The position numbers were made by a program, and so were the translations under genes. The notes beneath the pieces were generated by a model, which was not told where the DNA came from, searched no databases, and saw nothing but the letters and a program-made list of their open reading frames with translations. Shown here in pieces: positions 60,501 through 64,000 of a stretch of DNA of 64,000 nt. This DNA is from Takakia lepidozioides (taxonomy: Eukaryota > Plantae > Bryophyta). How positions within the stretch are numbered: the first letter of the stretch is position 1; each line of letters begins with the position of its first letter. Location: the NCBI GenBank assembly GCA_030704615.1, contig CM060734.1:56730001-56794000 (forward strand), given 5' to 3'.

Positions 60501-63500
60501 TGCTTGGCGCCAGGAGCACAACTCCATCTCAGATCCTAGGTGCAGAGTTCGCATGTGTACCATTGCAATCCGAATGGAATTACATGTCAAGAGAACTTGG
60601 ATGCTACCCAATCTCACGACAAAGCTCCACTTCTATCGAGAGACATTCTTGGTGCTCCGCGATGATAGAATCTTGAGACCAAATTACCTTTCAGCACCCT
60701 TATCTCCTTCCCTCTTGAGGGCATTGGGGCGGTTTAGGGTGGGTTCCCACAACCTACGGTTAGAGACTGGCAGATGGGAAAACCTGCAACGGGAGGACCG
60801 CCTATGTCCAGCTTGCATAGGGCGCAGAAAGGAAATTGAAACTGAAGAACACTTCTTCTTCTACTGCCCTCTATACTACGAGATCCGTGGGAGATTCCAA
60901 TGTTTATTCAGTGGAACCCAAACTCTCACTGATGTCTTTCACTATGAGGATCAAAAATGCTTGGCTGCCTACCTACACGAGGCATTCACCCTTAGACAAT
61001 CGCTAGAACATTAATTGTGGTTTCTGGATTTGTTCCTCTCTCATGTTTTCTTCCATTTTGTCCCATAAGCTCTATGAGCTTTCCGCGGACGTTATAAAGC
61101 ACCATTTCATTTCATTTTCATCTTATCTATTCACTTACTACTTACTAATACCTATGGGGCTCTACATGCAGGGCCCCCTAAAAAAATGCAAACCATGACA
61201 TAATGAATTAATAGAAGTAGGGGTAATGAAGAATAAGGGGTCAGTTAAGAAGTCACTCATAAGTTTCAATTGGATTATTCTACTAAAGGTTGTTATTAGG
61301 AGGTCAACGGGATTTCCTATATTTCAGTTATGCATGAGTCCATGCAGTTGCGCTCCCACTAGCTAGATGTATACATAAATGTAACGATCAAACCTCTTCT
61401 GGAAAGTACTTAACAATTAAGCCACCTCTGAGCAAGATAACCTCCCAACCTTAGAGACCTCTCTTGCCTGCTTGCTAAAGAGTACAAGATCCCTCTTGGT
61501 GCTAAGACTGCCTTGCTCTCTCAAGACTCAGAGTAACTACGTCTGATCATCGCGCTCTCTCTGACTACTTGTCCTTCTGGTCTCTGACTGTGTTCTCCCC
61601 CAGACTGAGCACCAAATCCCCCTTAAGTACTCTTTACATATTAGTATCGCAGAGGAATCGATTTGCGGGGGTGAAAAATCTTACAGAGTCTGCAATTGTG
61701 GAAGGCAGCCCAACAGAGTATACGGAAATGCACCGAACAAGCCACTTGCTTTTAGTGCTCTGCAACAGTCAAGGCAATCAGAGCGTTGTTACTGCACAAA
61801 ATTGCCCTAATTTAGTATTGCAATAAGCAGTAATTGCTTATTTTGACCTAACTAGCTTGACCGTCAAGTTGTATGTCATACTACTAATTTCAAGAATAAC
61901 CATATCACTAGCACATGAAAAATCGAATGTTTGATACTCGGGATTTCCAGAGAGTTAGTACATTAGAGAGAGTACAGATCGCCATGTCATGAAACTTCCA
62001 GCTATCAATCGTAAGTGCAAAAGCGTGGTTCAACTAAATTTTATCATTTATATATCAACGGGCTAAATCTGACAAAACTGAGCGGCCTAGGAAGGAGTGT
62101 CCTCACAGTGTCTGTAAGTGACGACATCCGAAGAGCCAAGCAGGAACTTTCCCTGGATCAAACGCGTTGAGACTCAAATCCCTGCGGAGTGAGCACATTT
62201 ATATTAAATTTCTTTTGATGAGGTCGATGACTGGTTAGCAACTCTACGAAGGTAGATAAAAAAAGAGTGCAAAAGTCTTAACTTCGCTGTGTTTCAAAAT
62301 CCTAGGTCTGCTTTTTCGAGGCTATTTCAATGTCTGAAAAATTATCAGTGATATATAAGCTGTACATATTTATAATTTATCATTCGGAAGCTAGGAACAA
62401 CTGTGAGAGCTGTTAGTGTGTAGTCTAACACTCATGTACAGAAACTACTCCAGATTTGCCTTAATGCCACCCCAGGCTAGAGGTTACTTTCCATAGCCTT
62501 GTGAGATCACATGCAACCAAAGCCTCTTTATCAACTTGGACATGCAATGTTTTCTAGAGATCACACTGATACCATATTTGCAGAGGTGAAAACCCTTATT
62601 TCGAGGGGACAGAAAAGGCAGGAAATGCCATTTCAACCTACCACGAAATCCGGGCTACAAAACAGATTGTCCTAGGCCAAGCGGTCCAGGAACTCTTGTT
62701 AATCTAAATTAGGTCTTGCGCCTCAAACTCCTAGATTGACAGCATGATTCATCAACTGATTCTGGACATTGAACATGGTCCTAATAGCCCCCACATTGTT
62801 TACTCCCTCCTCGGAAGGTTCCTTCTGTAGAGGCCTATCCCCTCCAGGGATTAAGGGAAAACTGTCCCCCTGGAGCTATTTGGTGCAAATGGTGGAGTAC
62901 TCGTATATAACGGTGATTTTTAGATTCTGTACGTCGGAAATCTGTGAATGCCCCTACCTAACTACTACCTTTCCAGATTGACAAAAAAAAAATCTAGTAT
63001 CTGTCGACATGTGTAGCGGACCTTTGGATTCCACCTTCGATCACCATTGCATATGACCTCAAGAGTGCAGACACAAGATGAATATTGGCGTTCGATCATC
63101 CTCTGATTGTGATCCATATCCAGATCCCTCAAAACAATACCACTAGCTTTGATATGGAATGACTCCGTTCTACGTTTGGGTTTTCTAAGGATACAGAGAC
63201 ATTATTATATGCTTCAAGTTTAACCCGATAAATTTTTACTGAATAATCTCCTACCAAATATTAAAACAGGTCTATGCGAATTCGGAGACTCCAGGTCGCT
63301 CTCATCTTTAAAAGCCTCTTGATTCGAGTGCTACTTGAGTCGATGCATGCTTGATTATAATGAGGAACAGACGGGATGAACTTACAAGTGTTGCAGAGCT
63401 TGTGAAAATAAACTGAAGTTGGGGAGAGGACCAGTGAATGAGTTGCGTGACAGATCCAATACTGTCAGATTCGACGAGACGTTGAGAATTGACGAAGGAA

Positions 63501-63915
63501 CTACCGGACCATCAAACTGATTATTACTCAGATTCCTGGAGCCAAAACATTTAGAATTCTCAGTAAGTTAAACTTGATAACTTACTTCAACGGCACTGAG
63601 GGAAAACGCGCAATATAATTCACAGCTGATAACGGCAGATCAACTCCAGGATCTTCCCAGATGTATGCTAGATATTTGGAAAGAGAGCCAGGTCCTGGGC
63701 TAGATTGAGATTAGTTTAGCTTTCGTGTGCAAGATTGCTTGTTTACGATGGTTTGCCAGAGTCAGGGCCAACTCGACAGATTCCTTCAGAAACGGTATTC
63801 CAGTAGATGAATAATCATCACATATAACATGTAAGGTACTACTTACAGAGATTGGAGAGTGAAAATCGATGTAAGATCAGGTGGTGATCCTGTCAACGAG
63901 TTTCCTGACAAATCC
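54553..63915 (-). CDS. LRR receptor-like Ser/Thr kinase (LRR-VIII-2-type kinase domain); 5' exons lie beyond the window
   Basis: LRR exons ([49 protein letters not shown]), TM exon [26 protein letters not shown] and kinase [11 protein letters not shown]|..[52 protein letters not shown]; stop 54553. Confidence 0.93.
59110..61122 (+). mobile_element. 5'-truncated RTE/RTEX-type LINE in an intron of the RLK, antisense to the host gene
   Basis: RT motifs [50 protein letters not shown] and YRYLG. After one frameshift near 60580: [35 protein letters not shown] (C-terminal zinc finger). 3' tail (CATTT)n at 61103-61121. Confidence 0.9.
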
Positions 63916-64000
63916 CTGCATGGTATTAGAACTCGGCATTAAAAGTCAGAAAACACATATCTAGGTGTAGAAATAAGCAGATCACAATTCATAATTATAC

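Noticed and set aside
62680-62992. Poly(A)-ended segment in an RLK intron as a retroposon
   Set aside because: Only a 10-A run; no Pol III boxes, TSD or second copy in the window.

Overview
Eukaryotic nuclear DNA with GT-AG spliced genes. The gene and transposon repertoire suggests a non-seed land plant, probably a bryophyte (inference). Host genes, left to right: 3' end of a HAD-family phosphatase; a greatly expanded AUF1/At4g18380-like F-box gene; an unknown S/P/R-rich protein; mitochondrial ribosomal protein L11; chloroplast protease DEG1; the PCNA unloader ELG1/ATAD5 with a tandem-repeat insertion; NAA10 (head-to-head with ELG1); and the 3' part of an LRR receptor kinase. Mobile DNA: three copies of a tRNA-headed SINE, a decayed L1 RT, a truncated chromovirus (Tcn1-like) with 3' LTR and an extra ORF, an internally deleted CACTA element, and a near-intact RTE/RTEX-type LINE. 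The most unusual item is an intron-containing, now pseudogenised gene for a prokaryote-type beta-class N4-cytosine/N6-adenine DNA methyltransferase (about 44.0-46.8 kb). It lies co-oriented and directly upstream of the CACTA TnpD/TnpA genes, so it may be transposon cargo. Exon boundaries were read by eye and family assignments come from motif recognition; no database searches were run.
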